Shown in pieces: positions 9,212 to 19,004 of a stretch of 64,000 nt of DNA (positions within the stretch are counted from its first letter, which is position 1; the number at the start of each line of letters is the position of its first letter). A program made the translations under genes and the position numbers. The stretch is from a virus. Under the pieces are notes generated by a model that saw nothing but the letters and a program-made list of their open reading frames with translations, ran no database searches and was not told the DNA's origin. The DNA lies in the IMG/VR virus record IMGVR_UViG_3300048999_000192, positions 91,099-155,098 of that record. One strand, given 5' to 3'.

Positions 9212-9378
9212 AGGTCTGGGTCCTGGTCGACTTCACCGGCCCCTCCGGCCAGCGGTACACCAAAGGCAGCCAGCTCACCCTCCCCAATGACACGCCCGAG
9301 CAGCAGGCCTACGTCTCGTCACTGATCCGCTACGGCATCGTGACGACGGCCAAGCCCGCGACAGGAGCCACCACGTGA
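9208..9378 (+). CDS. 56-aa protein coupled between polyprotein and portal; not in ORF track
   Basis: ATGA and GTGA overlaps on both sides; MKVWVLVDFTGPSGQRYTKGSQLTLP... Confidence 0.65.
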   Translation: MKVWVLVDFTGPSGQRYTKGSQLTLPNDTPEQQAYVSSLIRYGIVTTAKPATGATT

Positions 9379-11573
9379 CCGACGACTTCGCGAACCGCAT
9401 CGCCGGTGTCCAGAGCGCCATGAAGGCCAAGTCCCCGTTCTCTCGTAAGCGGGCGCAGGACACCGGCACCGGCGAGGCGGCCGAGATGCGCCGCAACCGC
9501 GCCGTGAACAAGAAGGTCGCCGCCGCAGGGTCCGGCAGCGACATCTCCTTCGCTACCGGCCGCCCGAGAGATCCCCTTTTCTACTGGAAGCAAAATAACC
9601 TTCCATATGACTTCGGTAAGCATGAGGAGCTGCGGAAGGTAAGAGCATTCTGTCGCCTTCTGTACCAGACTGACTCAATTATCGGTTCGGCGATCGACAT
9701 CTACTCCAAGTGGCCGCTGATCGGCATGGAGCTGTCGTGCAAGGACCAGAAGCTGACCGACTTCTACACCAACCTTTTCGGATTCGGTGAGGACGCCGAC
9801 GACAGCTCGCTCGACTACGAGGCCTTCCTGCCCCGCGTCGGCCGGGAGTACTGGACCGTCGGTGAGGCGTGGCCATTCGCCACGTTCAACCCGATGCTCG
9901 GTGTCTGGGAGGACGAGGAGCTCCTGCAGCCGGACGACGTCGATGTCCAGCGCAGCCCGTTCCTGAAGGACCCGAGGTTCTTCATCCGGCTGCCCGAGAC
10001 CATCCGCCGCCTGATGCAGACCCGCCAGCCAGCCTGGGAATACAACAAGCTGATGCAGGCGTATCCCGAGCTGGTCAACTACACCCACGAGAACCAGCTC
10101 ATGCCGGTCTCCAACATCCTGCTGCAGCAGATCAAGTTCGAAGGCGACACGTTCAACCCGCGCGGTGTCCCGCTGCTGACCCGCGCCATGCGCCCGGTGA
10201 TGCAGCAGGAGATGCTCAACGCGGCCATGGACGCCATCGCCGACCGGATGTACACCCCGCTCATCCTGGTCAAGCTCGGCGCGTCCGCCTCTGACCTGGG
10301 CACCAACGCCCCGTGGATCCCGACCGGTGATGACCTCGCCGATTTCGAGGAGGCGCTGGACGCGGCGCTGGCCGCCGACTTCCGCGCGCTGATCTACAAC
10401 TTCGCGATCGACATCGAGTCCGTGTTCGGCCGGGAGCAGATGCCCGACCTGACGCCGGACTTCGAACGACTCGAAGACAAGATCCTCCAGACGTTCGGCC
10501 TGTCCCGGACACTCCTGACCGGTGCCTCGGCCGGTGAGACCTACGCCGCCGACGCGCTGAACCGCGACCTGATCACCCAGCTCCTGACGCACTACCAGAA
10601 GCTGATCAAGCATCACTGGCGGCAGCGGGCGCTGGTCGTCGCCGAGGCCCAGGAACATTTCGACTATGACGTCCGCAATGGGAAGCGCTACGTCAAGATG
10701 GAAGAAATCCTCGAAGTCGACGAGGAGACCGGCGACGAGCGCATCATCGAGCAGCCCAAGCTGCTGATCCCCGACCTGCACATGCAGACGATGAACCTGC
10801 GGGACGAGGAGCAGGAGCGCCAGTTCATGGAGGCGCTGCGTCAGGGCGGCGTGCCGATCTCCATGAAGACCAGGGTCCGTAACCTCCCGATCGACCTGGA
10901 CGAGGAGATCGAGCGCAGCCAGGAGGAGGCCGTCCAGCTCATCGTCTCCGAGGCCGAGACCCGCAAGCGTGCCTACCAGGCGCTGCGCAACAACGGCCTG
11001 CCGATCCCGGACGACCTGCGCACCGAGTTCGAGGCCCTCGCCCAGCAGGCGCAGCAGCCCAGCCCGGCACTGTCGGCTGGCCAGCCGCAGATGATCCCCC
11101 AGCTCGGCCAGGACCCGCAGGCCGCCGACACGCCCAACCTCGCCCCGACGCAGCAGGACTTCCAGAACGACCCGCAGGACGAGTCCTCGGTGATGGCCCC
11201 GGTCATCCCGATGCCGATGGCTCCCCCGGGCGGAGAGGAAGAGGGCGACGCCCGGCCGGAGGAGTCCGACGAGGAGCGCGACGGCATGCCCACCTCGGCC
11301 GTGCTCTACCGGAAGGCCCAGAGCATGCGCACGGTGGCGGCCACCCGGCACGCCGACGTGGTCGAGGCCGAGCAGAAGCTGGCCCGCGAGCAGGCCTGGG
11401 CCGAGTGGGAGGTCAATCGCGTCGAGGCCGCCGCCAACGGCACCGACATGCCCGCGACGCCGCCAGAGGACCTGACCGCCTACACGGTGCCCGCCCAGAT
11501 GCGCGGCCCGATGCACATCGGCCAGCGGCGCAACCTCGATCGGGACTGGAAGGCCGCGCTCGACGACGACTGA
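9375..11573 (+). CDS. Portal protein
   Basis: 732 aa; GREYWTVGEAW, RGVPLL.RA, YTPLILVKLG motifs typical of portals; RPRDPLFYWKQNNLPYD resembles Bxz1-type portals (recall). Confidence 0.8.
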   Translation: MTDDFANRIAGVQSAMKAKSPFSRKRAQDTGTGEAAEMRRNRAVNKKVAAAGSGSDISFATGRPRDPLFYWKQNNLPYDFGKHEELRKVRAFCRLLYQTDSIIGSAIDIYSKWPLIGMELSCKDQKLTDFYTNLFGFGEDADDSSLDYEAFLPRVGREYWTVGEAWPFATFNPMLGVWEDEELLQPDDVDVQRSPFLKDPRFFIRLPETIRRLMQTRQPAWEYNKLMQAYPELVNYTHENQLMPVSNILLQQIKFEGDTFNPRGVPLLTRAMRPVMQQEMLNAAMDAIADRMYTPLILVKLGASASDLGTNAPWIPTGDDLADFEEALDAALAADFRALIYNFAIDIESVFGREQMPDLTPDFERLEDKILQTFGLSRTLLTGASAGETYAADALNRDLITQLLTHYQKLIKHHWRQRALVVAEAQEHFDYDVRNGKRYVKMEEILEVDEETGDERIIEQPKLLIPDLHMQTMNLRDEEQERQFMEALRQGGVPISMKTRVRNLPIDLDEEIERSQEEAVQLIVSEAETRKRAYQALRNNGLPIPDDLRTEFEALAQQAQQPSPALSAGQPQMIPQLGQDPQAADTPNLAPTQQDFQNDPQDESSVMAPVIPMPMAPPGGEEEGDARPEESDEERDGMPTSAVLYRKAQSMRTVAATRHADVVEAEQKLAREQAWAEWEVNRVEAAANGTDMPATPPEDLTAYTVPAQMRGPMHIGQRRNLDRDWKAALDDD

Positions 11574-11574
11574 T

Positions 11575-11610
11575 GCTGTGCGGCCTCCCTCCTGCCATCC
11601 GAAGAGGCGA
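11575..11610 (+). promoter_or_regulatory. Putative late promoter
   Basis: GCTGTG-N20-GAAGAGGCGA. Confidence 0.65.
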
Positions 11611-11621
11611 GGGAGGCTCAC

Positions 11622-14600
11622 ATGCGGATGCAGCGTACGGCCCGGCAGCACACCACGCTCCAGGCGACGGCAGGGGTCAACAGCGAGGACTACTTTGACT
11701 TCCGGCCCAAGCAGCGGGTGATGACGGCCGACGGGTACCCGGGCCGCGTCGAAGCCGTGCACGATGGCCCGCACGCCGGGAGCGAGGCGTACGAGGTCGT
11801 CCTGGACGGCGGCATGGGCGGTGGGCTGTACGCCTCCAGCCAGCTCCACGCGCTCGCTGACGACGCTCACACGGCCGCCGGGGACTACCCCGAGCTGGAG
11901 GACGTCCTCTCCGCCCGGCCCGACCCGGCCAAGCAGGTCGTGATGGCCAAGAAGGCCGCGCGCAAGAGGGCGTCGACCCTCCCCGACGATCACCCCGACA
12001 AGGTCTACCTCCGCTTCGGCCACTGGCCGAAGAACGAGCGTTCCGCGAATGGCGTCACGGGCCACCCAGAGGACGGGGTGAGCGTCTACGACCTTGACCA
12101 CAAGGGCGAGCCCATGGACCCGGACCCCAACCTCAGCCGGGGCCACGAGCATGACGAGTCTTGCGATCCGGACTGCGATCTCGATAGCTGGAACGAGGAC
12201 TACGGCAACGACACCCGCGAGGAGATGAACGGCCGGGTCTATCGCGCGGAGAAGGCGCGGGCCAACGGTCACGACTACCGGGGCGAGGTCGGCCACCTGG
12301 TCAAGGGCAAGATGACGGGCATCGGCCACGATGGTGAGCCGCTGCTGAACAACGTCAAGCGCGTCGGTGACTGGATCGACCACCGGCACATGTTCATCCC
12401 GACGGCGAGCCCGCACCGGCTGGCCAGGGGTGAATACGACGAGGACTACGAGCCGCCGTCGTCCAAGCTGGCCACCACCCAGAACGGCACCCGGATCGAC
12501 GGCCACGGTGAGGCCCCGCACGAGGTGCGCGCCAAGGACCCCAACGGCTACGACGCCAAGAGCACCGAGGGCGACCCGGACCCGCTCATGTCCAAGCCGC
12601 TGACCAAGAAGGACGAGGTCGGCGCGCACGGGGGCGAGCTCGGCAAGGGGATGTCCGGCGTCTCCTTCGAGGGCGCGATGTCCCCCATGCAGAAGCAGAA
12701 GATCGAGGACCGCGAGGACGCCCGGCAGGACGTGGTCGATCAGCATTCGCAGGTGAACGACGCCCGGCGCGACCGCACCGACGTCGGCGACGTCCAGCGG
12801 GTCGAGGACCCGGCGTACGCCAAGTACCTGCAGTCCCTGAACGCGCTCACCGTACGGGCCGACTGGGACGACCCGGAGCACGGCGCGGAGTGGCGGCGTC
12901 CCTGGGACGTGATGCCCGTCCACCACGACGACGGCCGCTGGCACGACCCCGAGCTGGACAAGAACTACGAGCACGACACGGCCGAGCCTGAGGCCGACGA
13001 CTCCTCCACGGCCCACGCCGCGCACCTGCACCTGCCGAACCCGGAGGAGGACCCGGACGCGCTGGCCAGCCACATGGTCGACGCACACGGCTACGACCTG
13101 GACAAGGTCAAGCAGATGATGATGGTCCACCGGCTGATGAGCGGCCAGCACGAGATGGACCACGAGACCGAGCCGGGTGGCATGGGCCTGCACCCCGACG
13201 ACTTCTCCCTCCCGCACGACCACCCGGACCGCTGGCTGGAGCACGGGTCGATCCCGGGGCCGGAGGGCGGCGTCGAGCAGGCCGGAGCCCGTGGCGACAC
13301 CGGCCACGCGCTCGACAGCAGCAGGCCGTTCGAGCTCAAGCCCTGGCATATGAACTACTCGCTGAGCTCGCTGGCCGACCCGTACGCCCTGGTCGCCTCG
13401 GCCGCCCAGGACCGGGACCTGGGATTCCAGCTCACCGCCGCCTGGACCGACGTTCGCAACAAGGCCAAGCGGATCCGGTCAGAGGGCAAGGTCAGGATCA
13501 CCCTGGCCAGTGACGGCCTGGTGGCTGGTGAGGTGCAGGGGGACCACCAGACGTATGAGACCGGCATCCAGCGCCTGCCCGGCTCCCGCCACGGCGTGGC
13601 CACCTGGAGCTGCGGCTGTAAGTGGGGCGCCTACCACTGGGGCGCCAGCGACGACTTCAGCCGCTTCGCCGGTCGGATGTGCTCTCACGCCCTGGCCCTG
13701 CAGTACGAGGCCCAGAGTCGGGGGATGTTCGGCAAGACCGTCGAGGTCGACACCTCCAAGCCGGACTGGGTGCCGCCGCGCGTGGTGGTCAAGTACAACC
13801 CCGACACCGGCCACAGCGACTTCGCCAAGTCCTCCTCACTGGTCACCCCCGAGCTGTCCCCGCTGCAGATCTTCTGCGCGTACGCGGGCAACGACGGGGA
13901 GACCGCCGACCAGATCACCTGCCTGCTGCACACGGCCGGGCTGGTCGAGGGGTACTCCAACAGCCCGTGGGGCGAGCCGATCGCCGAGGTGCCGCCCAAG
14001 CCGTACGGGGCGACCCAGCCCGCCAACAAGTGGGAGGACCCGGGCAGCGCCGGGTTCCTCGCCACGCCCGACCCCGAGGACTGGGGCGGTCTGGGGCAGA
14101 ACAACCAGATGTACTCCACGTCCAGCCTGGACGAGGCGGTGTTCGAGCCCGTCCTGGCCAGTCCCCAGGGGGCGTATGAAGATCAGGACAGTCCTGCCGA
14201 TCCGGAGGGCCTGGAAGCGACCCTGCACGACACTCCCGAGCCAGCTCTTCCCGAGACCGACGGCGGCCGGGAGGACATGGTCGGCGAGCACGCCGAGGAC
14301 CTCACGCCGGACGACCAGTCGATGATGACGGTCGGCAACCAGATGGGCGGGGCCGACGAGGTCCTGGACGAGACCCAGAACACCACCCCGCAGGACCTGG
14401 ACGACGTCGTGGCGCGCTTCCAGGCCTCCGCCGGGGCCAAGGCCATCATGGCCGACGCCGGGACTCCCAGCGGGCCTGCAGCGCGCGAGGGGGCCTCCGC
14501 CGCGCCCTCGGACGGCGACATCGCCGCCCACGCGCGCCAGGTGCTGGCCCTGAAGGCCTTCAGCCCGGCCGAGCAGGCCTCCCTGATCAACGAGGGCGTC

Positions 14601-14690
14601 GGGGAGCGCGCGGCCAACTTCGACAAGCTCGACATCGCCGGGACGCACTACGCCGACCTGGACGACGAGGACGACACATGGCTGAGCTGA
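11622..14690 (+). CDS. Second head-region polyprotein (SH3-like N-terminus, possible R-S-E ART-like module, SWIM-type Zn finger)
   Basis: YLRFG..GVSVY..GEPLL; WSCGCKW..CSHALA; RTA, HTAA, KRAS, LTAA, HTAG junctions. Confidence 0.7.
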   Translation: MRMQRTARQHTTLQATAGVNSEDYFDFRPKQRVMTADGYPGRVEAVHDGPHAGSEAYEVVLDGGMGGGLYASSQLHALADDAHTAAGDYPELEDVLSARPDPAKQVVMAKKAARKRASTLPDDHPDKVYLRFGHWPKNERSANGVTGHPEDGVSVYDLDHKGEPMDPDPNLSRGHEHDESCDPDCDLDSWNEDYGNDTREEMNGRVYRAEKARANGHDYRGEVGHLVKGKMTGIGHDGEPLLNNVKRVGDWIDHRHMFIPTASPHRLARGEYDEDYEPPSSKLATTQNGTRIDGHGEAPHEVRAKDPNGYDAKSTEGDPDPLMSKPLTKKDEVGAHGGELGKGMSGVSFEGAMSPMQKQKIEDREDARQDVVDQHSQVNDARRDRTDVGDVQRVEDPAYAKYLQSLNALTVRADWDDPEHGAEWRRPWDVMPVHHDDGRWHDPELDKNYEHDTAEPEADDSSTAHAAHLHLPNPEEDPDALASHMVDAHGYDLDKVKQMMMVHRLMSGQHEMDHETEPGGMGLHPDDFSLPHDHPDRWLEHGSIPGPEGGVEQAGARGDTGHALDSSRPFELKPWHMNYSLSSLADPYALVASAAQDRDLGFQLTAAWTDVRNKAKRIRSEGKVRITLASDGLVAGEVQGDHQTYETGIQRLPGSRHGVATWSCGCKWGAYHWGASDDFSRFAGRMCSHALALQYEAQSRGMFGKTVEVDTSKPDWVPPRVVVKYNPDTGHSDFAKSSSLVTPELSPLQIFCAYAGNDGETADQITCLLHTAGLVEGYSNSPWGEPIAEVPPKPYGATQPANKWEDPGSAGFLATPDPEDWGGLGQNNQMYSTSSLDEAVFEPVLASPQGAYEDQDSPADPEGLEATLHDTPEPALPETDGGREDMVGEHAEDLTPDDQSMMTVGNQMGGADEVLDETQNTTPQDLDDVVARFQASAGAKAIMADAGTPSGPAAREGASAAPSDGDIAAHARQVLALKAFSPAEQASLINEGVGERAANFDKLDIAGTHYADLDDEDDTWLS

Positions 14691-15121
14691 CGCACGGGAC
14701 CGAGGTCCCGCTGGAGCAGCTTCCCCAGGTGGTCGACGGGGTGGAGTTCACCCCGGTCACCCAGGCCGAGGTCGCCGAGCTCGACCCGTTCGGCGACGGC
14801 AAGCGCATCACGGTCGACCGGCCCGTCAACGTCAGCCAGCTCATGGACGAGATCCGCGAGGCCACCGGCGTCCAGGTGAGCATCTCGATGATCTGGCCCG
14901 AGGGGGCGGAGAAGGGCACCCTGTTCGTCTCGCCGGGGGACGCGGTCGACGGCCGCACCGTGGCGGGCAAGATCCGGACGCACGAGCCGGACGATCTGTA
15001 CGGGCTCAGTGAGACCGACCGGGCCCTCGCAGAAGTGATGAATAAGGTCCGTAGTGGCAAATCGCTTACGGACGCCGAAAGGGACATGGCACTTCTGGCA
15101 CTGAGCCGGAGGGGGCGGTGA
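14678..15121 (+). CDS. Hypothetical protein
   Basis: 147 aa, GAGG RBS. Confidence 0.7.
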   Translation: MAELTHGTEVPLEQLPQVVDGVEFTPVTQAEVAELDPFGDGKRITVDRPVNVSQLMDEIREATGVQVSISMIWPEGAEKGTLFVSPGDAVDGRTVAGKIRTHEPDDLYGLSETDRALAEVMNKVRSGKSLTDAERDMALLALSRRGR

Positions 15122-15123
15122 TC

Positions 15124-15159
15124 CCTGTGATTCAGGGTATGAGAGCAACGAAGAGATGA
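15124..15159 (+). promoter_or_regulatory. Putative late promoter of the membrane-protein cluster
   Basis: CCTGTG-N20-GAAGAGATGA. Confidence 0.55.
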
Positions 15160-15188
15160 GCATCTAGTCAACGTGTGAGGGGGTAAAG

Positions 15189-15356
15189 ATGCTTGGCCTG
15201 ATCCTAGTGATCATCGCTGGCCTGCTGACCATTCTCGACATGGTTCTGCGCCACCCGAACTACCGTTCCGGCGCGCCGTATTGGCTGCTCGACGTGGCGC
15301 TCCTTCTCGTCATTGTCGCGCTGCTGGTCGGCGTGAAAGTTATCCCTCTGAACTGA
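15189..15356 (+). CDS. 55-aa two-TM membrane protein (holin-like candidate); not in ORF track
   Basis: MLGLILVIIAGLLTILDMVLRHPNYRSGAPYWLLDVALLLVIVALLVGVKVIPLN; GAGGGG RBS. Confidence 0.65.
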   Translation: MLGLILVIIAGLLTILDMVLRHPNYRSGAPYWLLDVALLLVIVALLVGVKVIPLN

Positions 15357-15360
15357 CCCC

Positions 15361-15696
15361 ATGATTCCCGACATCCTTCTGGCGGCCGTGACCACGGCAC
15401 CCACTGGCCCGACCGGCCCCGACATCATCACCCTCCTGACGGGGGCCGGTCCGGCCGGTGTCATGCTGCTGCTCTTCGTGATGGGGCTTGTCTACTCTAA
15501 GAAGTCCTACGAGGAGCTGGCTGCCGACAGGGACTACCTGCGGGAGTCTCTGTTGAAGGAGCAGGAAGCCCACCGTGACACCCGAGAGGCGCTCATCAAG
15601 GCAGGAACGCGGGCCGACGCCGCCGTTGAGGCAGCCAACATGGCCAACAGCATTCTTGCCGGATTCCAGCGTAGGCTCCCAAGCAAGGACGACTGA
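15361..15696 (+). CDS. Single-TM plus coiled-coil protein (lysis-cassette type)
   Basis: GVMLLLFVMGLVY hydrophobic segment followed by heptad-like region. Confidence 0.7.
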   Translation: MIPDILLAAVTTAPTGPTGPDIITLLTGAGPAGVMLLLFVMGLVYSKKSYEELAADRDYLRESLLKEQEAHRDTREALIKAGTRADAAVEAANMANSILAGFQRRLPSKDD

Positions 15697-15712
15697 CTAC
15701 AGGTACCCCGAT

Positions 15713-15925
15713 ATGAAACTCTTCCACCGCAAGGACCGTACTCCGTCACCCGAAGTACGTGCTGCGGTCGAAGCCGCCGAAAAATCGGCTCTTCGGGCTC
15801 GTGCCGATCTTGAAGAGCAGGAACAAAAACTGGCAGAGTCGCGTCATATCATTGACACCATGAGGGCTCGCAACATCGCGAATCATTATGATGAGATGGT
15901 CGAGAATTACCTGAGGACACAGTGA
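15713..15925 (+). CDS. Small coiled-coil protein (lysis-cassette type, ANHY motif)
   Basis: ATG 15713 within track ORF 15575..15925. Confidence 0.6.
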   Translation: MKLFHRKDRTPSPEVRAAVEAAEKSALRARADLEEQEQKLAESRHIIDTMRARNIANHYDEMVENYLRTQ

Positions 15926-16458
15926 TGAAAAAGAGGCTCCGGAGATCGCTCCGGAAACTGTCGTCGGGAGTACGGAGAGTCACCCGGCCGGTTTTCGCAT
16001 GGGTGCAGCGTCACCCCGCCCTCACCATCGTGATCCTGTTCTTCGTTACTCTCAATGTTCGTCTCGCTACGGACTGGCAGGGCGGGTCGGAATTCACCCA
16101 TCTGCATTACCGGCTGCTGCTCTGGCTCTCGATCCTTCCCGGCACGCTCGCCAGTGGCTCGTTCATCGCCATGCACCGGCCGAGCAAGTGGCTGGACAGC
16201 ACGGCGATCAATGCCTCGGGCTGGCTGATCATCGTCTTCCTGTTCTACGCCCGCTCGCTGGTCACCCTGATCACCCAGAAGACGGTGGTCTGGCGCGGCA
16301 TGCCGAACGCCCTGTGGGCCATCGGCATCGTGCTGGTGATCGACTACCTGCTCATCCTGCGGCTGCTCTCGTTCATGAAGTACCGCCGGGCGTTCCGCCG
16401 CCGCCAGGCCGAGCTGGAGCGCGAACTCATCGAGCAGGGCATCGTTCCCGCAGAATGA
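15922..16458 (+). CDS. Multi-pass membrane protein, putative holin
   Basis: About four hydrophobic segments with basic termini. Confidence 0.6.
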   Translation: MMKKRLRRSLRKLSSGVRRVTRPVFAWVQRHPALTIVILFFVTLNVRLATDWQGGSEFTHLHYRLLLWLSILPGTLASGSFIAMHRPSKWLDSTAINASGWLIIVFLFYARSLVTLITQKTVVWRGMPNALWAIGIVLVIDYLLILRLLSFMKYRRAFRRRQAELERELIEQGIVPAE

Positions 16459-16470
16459 TTTTAAAATCTT

Positions 16471-16500
16471 CTGGACCTCTCCAAGCTTCCTTGGTAGAGT
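16471..16500 (+). promoter_or_regulatory. Accessory-island promoter with operator CCAAG-CTTC-CTTGG and -10 TAGAGT
   Basis: Palindrome 16481-16494 abutting TAGAGT; AT-rich upstream. Confidence 0.6.
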
Positions 16501-16539
16501 GGGGTCATCAGCAAGACCCCACGACGAGAGGTCCCGAAG

Positions 16540-17148
16540 ATGAGCTTCACCTGCGGCCACTGCTCCAGCAAGACCGACAAGATCAAGCACGAGACCGTCG
16601 CTGAGGTCTTCGCCTGCTCCCAGCGCCCCCGCACCCTCCAGAGCGTGGCCACCGGCCAGCAGGAGGTGCGCGTGCAGCCCGCCGGAACCACGGTCCGCCC
16701 GGCCGCGCCCGCCAAGAGCTCCTCGGCCATCACGGTCACCCAGGGCGTCTTGCACGAGGGCTACTTCACTGTGGTCTTCGCCGAGGACGACCGCATCACC
16801 CTGCGGGTCCGCCGCCAGCGCAGCAACGCGAAGTTCCGCCCCGGCGACCTGCTCGTCTCCTACCTGAACGGCTCGAACAACGAGGACGACTACGTCAAGT
16901 TCGCCGGGGTCGAGGAGACCAAGCAGGGCACCAGCCTGAAGGTCTGGAGGCGCTTCGCCGACAACGAGCGGCTCTCCGAGGCGCTGAAGGTCCTGGCGGG
17001 CGACCCCCAGGCCGCCGCCAAGGCGTTCGCGGTCGAGTCCGACCACTGCTCCAAGTGCGGCCTGCTCCTGACCGTCCCCCAGGGCCCTGACAACCCCTAC
17101 CGCGACCAGGGCTACGGCCCCAAGTGCGGCGCCGACATCTTCGGCTGA
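16540..17148 (+). CDS. DUF6011-like Zn-finger protein
   Basis: C-terminal CSKCGLLLT.P...QGYGPKC; N-terminal CxxC..H..C. Confidence 0.7.
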   Translation: MSFTCGHCSSKTDKIKHETVAEVFACSQRPRTLQSVATGQQEVRVQPAGTTVRPAAPAKSSSAITVTQGVLHEGYFTVVFAEDDRITLRVRRQRSNAKFRPGDLLVSYLNGSNNEDDYVKFAGVEETKQGTSLKVWRRFADNERLSEALKVLAGDPQAAAKAFAVESDHCSKCGLLLTVPQGPDNPYRDQGYGPKCGADIFG

Positions 17149-17208
17149 TCCCCAAGCGGGGGCCGCCGACCGGGCGGCCCCCTTCTCCCCCGAGGAAGGA
17201 CCCACCCC

Positions 17209-17613
17209 ATGTCCCACCCGACCGAGCCCGCTTACGCCGCCGCCCTGCACACCCTCTTCGACCACGTGGCCGACCTGGAGGCCTCCTGCGCGCAGGCGGG
17301 CAAGGAGGCCCTCGCGTCCGACGACCCGGCCGAGACGGCCGTACTGCAGGAGGACTTCTACCGGTTCGACGCGGCGGCCAAGGCGGTCGGCGAGGCGATC
17401 CGGCGCGTCATGCGCAACGACACCGCCCGCCGGGAGCCCGGCCTGCGTGCCGCCCAGCGGTTCGCCATCGTCAACCACCACTTCGACGTCAGCATGGCCT
17501 CCGCGCGCAAGAGGGCCGCTGCGCTCGCCGAGACGTTCTGCAACTGCGACGACCCGAACACCCCGCCCTGCATCATCGCCGGGCACTCCGCCGACCGGAA
17601 GGTCAACGCCTGA
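17209..17613 (+). CDS. Hypothetical protein
   Basis: AAGGA RBS, 134 aa. Confidence 0.7.
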   Translation: MSHPTEPAYAAALHTLFDHVADLEASCAQAGKEALASDDPAETAVLQEDFYRFDAAAKAVGEAIRRVMRNDTARREPGLRAAQRFAIVNHHFDVSMASARKRAAALAETFCNCDDPNTPPCIIAGHSADRKVNA

Positions 17614-17843
17614 TGAAGCCCCAGAGGACCTGCTACCGCGAGGACACCGTCAAGGAGATGCTCGCCGAGCTCGCTCCCCCGGTGCCCGGTCACCCCTCGA
17701 TCCTCACCCTCGACATCGAGCGGGGGGAGTGCGCCTGGAACCCGGCGACGACCAAGGACCGGCCGATCGTCGGCCCGAAGGTGGTCACCTACATGGTGCA
17801 TTCCGACGGCGGCATCGACGTGTCGACCCGGCCCGCCGGATGA
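17613..17843 (+). CDS. Hypothetical protein
   Basis: TGATG coupling; MKPQRTCYRE... Confidence 0.65.
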   Translation: MKPQRTCYREDTVKEMLAELAPPVPGHPSILTLDIERGECAWNPATTKDRPIVGPKVVTYMVHSDGGIDVSTRPAG

Positions 17844-17863
17844 TCATCTTCTAAGATGGGGGC

Positions 17864-18049
17864 ATGCCTCCCATCTCCCCGATGAAGCTGTCTTTGCTCG
17901 CGCACCCCGCCGAGAAAGTGGACGGGGTGCGCTTGCGCGTCCACCTGATGGAGCAGCACGGCTGGAGCGTGGCCATGGTGCTCAGCCGTCGTTTCGACGA
18001 GGATTACCTCCAGTCAGAACACCAGAAAGCGCACGAGACGAAGTCCTGA
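17864..18049 (+). CDS. Small protein with HLMEQH..EH..AH metal-binding-like motif
   Basis: 61 aa ORF. Confidence 0.55.
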   Translation: MPPISPMKLSLLAHPAEKVDGVRLRVHLMEQHGWSVAMVLSRRFDEDYLQSEHQKAHETKS

Positions 18050-18054
18050 AGATC

Positions 18055-18270
18055 ATGAGCGTCCCCGCCGTAGACCTGTTCAACGCCGCCGTCCCGCTCG
18101 ACTACTGCGACATGTGCGGTGCCCCCGTGTTCGTCGCCGAGCTCTACAAGGGCAAGCTCGTCTGCTCGATGAGCTGCCAGACCGACGTCGACCGGCGCGT
18201 GGTGCGCCCCGACCCGGTGACCCAGACGATCGACGCCTGGTGCACCAACCTCCCGCGCCGCCTGCGCTAG
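18055..18270 (+). CDS. Small Zn-ribbon protein
   Basis: CDMC..CSMSC. Confidence 0.65.
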   Translation: MSVPAVDLFNAAVPLDYCDMCGAPVFVAELYKGKLVCSMSCQTDVDRRVVRPDPVTQTIDAWCTNLPRRLR

Positions 18271-18273
18271 CTC

Positions 18274-18302
18274 TACCAAGCTTCCTTGGAGTGGTCTAGA
18301 CT
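18274..18302 (+). promoter_or_regulatory. Accessory promoter with operator CCAAG-CTTC-CTTGGAG and -10 TAGACT
   Basis: Same 14-mer as 16481-16494. Confidence 0.6.
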
Positions 18303-18333
18303 GGCGGAAACCCTCTCTCCCCGAAGGAGACCC

Positions 18334-18837
18334 ATGGAGATCGCTGCGATCCCCGGATTCAGGCTGAATTCGTGGGGCAGCTCGACCTTCCCGTACTACC
18401 GCGCCACCGGCGTGATGGACGGGCAGGCGGTCGAGTTCACCTACCAGCGCGGCGTGGCCAAGCTGGAGATCGAAGGCACCAAGGTCAAGATCCGCAAGAC
18501 CTACAGCTCCCCTGACTTCGAGCCGCAGGACGACGGCGACTACCAGACCCACCTGGATTTCACCGAGCTCTCCACCCTGCTGGAGGTCATGGTCCCGGAG
18601 CTGCGCACGCGCTCGGCCGAGATCATGAGCGTCAATGGCATCGTCGAGATCAAGGACTTCCTGAGCGAGGTGTCCGCCTACGGCGCCGAGCTCTCCGAGG
18701 AGAGGCACGACGGCTGTGCCTGCTCCAGCGGGATGCGGATGGACATCGGCCCGGTCTCGACCCGCCGGTACCTGACCAACTGGGCGCACCGCCGCTGGAT
18801 GGAGGAGCACGGCGACTACGCCGATCTGGATGACTAG
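18334..18837 (+). CDS. Hypothetical protein
   Basis: AAGGAG RBS before ATG 18334. Confidence 0.7.
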   Translation: MEIAAIPGFRLNSWGSSTFPYYRATGVMDGQAVEFTYQRGVAKLEIEGTKVKIRKTYSSPDFEPQDDGDYQTHLDFTELSTLLEVMVPELRTRSAEIMSVNGIVEIKDFLSEVSAYGAELSEERHDGCACSSGMRMDIGPVSTRRYLTNWAHRRWMEEHGDYADLDD

Positions 18838-18920
18838 GTGCGTGACGTCCTGAGAGCCTTCAGGTAGCTTTGGGGGAGAGCACCGATCGACCCGCCCCCG
18901 GGTCCGGCTGTGCACCCCCA

Positions 18921-18954
18921 GAAGAGCCCCTGCCACCCCCGGCAGGGGCTCTTC
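18921..18954 (+). terminator. Hairpin terminator closing the accessory island
   Basis: GAAGAGCCCCTGCC...GGCAGGGGCTCTTC. Confidence 0.75.
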
Positions 18955-18990
18955 GCTGTGCAGGCCCCTCTCACCCCGAGGAAGAGGTGA
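18955..18990 (+). promoter_or_regulatory. Putative late promoter
   Basis: GCTGTG-N20-GAAGAGGTGA. Confidence 0.7.
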
Positions 18991-19004
18991 CAGAGGGGAA
19001 GGTC

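Noticed and set aside
9675-13349. Long minus-strand ORFs (also 20262-22583, 26524-29808, 44228-46195, 52592-54514, 56311-58320)
   Set aside because: Antisense shadows of high-GC3 plus-strand genes, with no RBS or recognisable motifs
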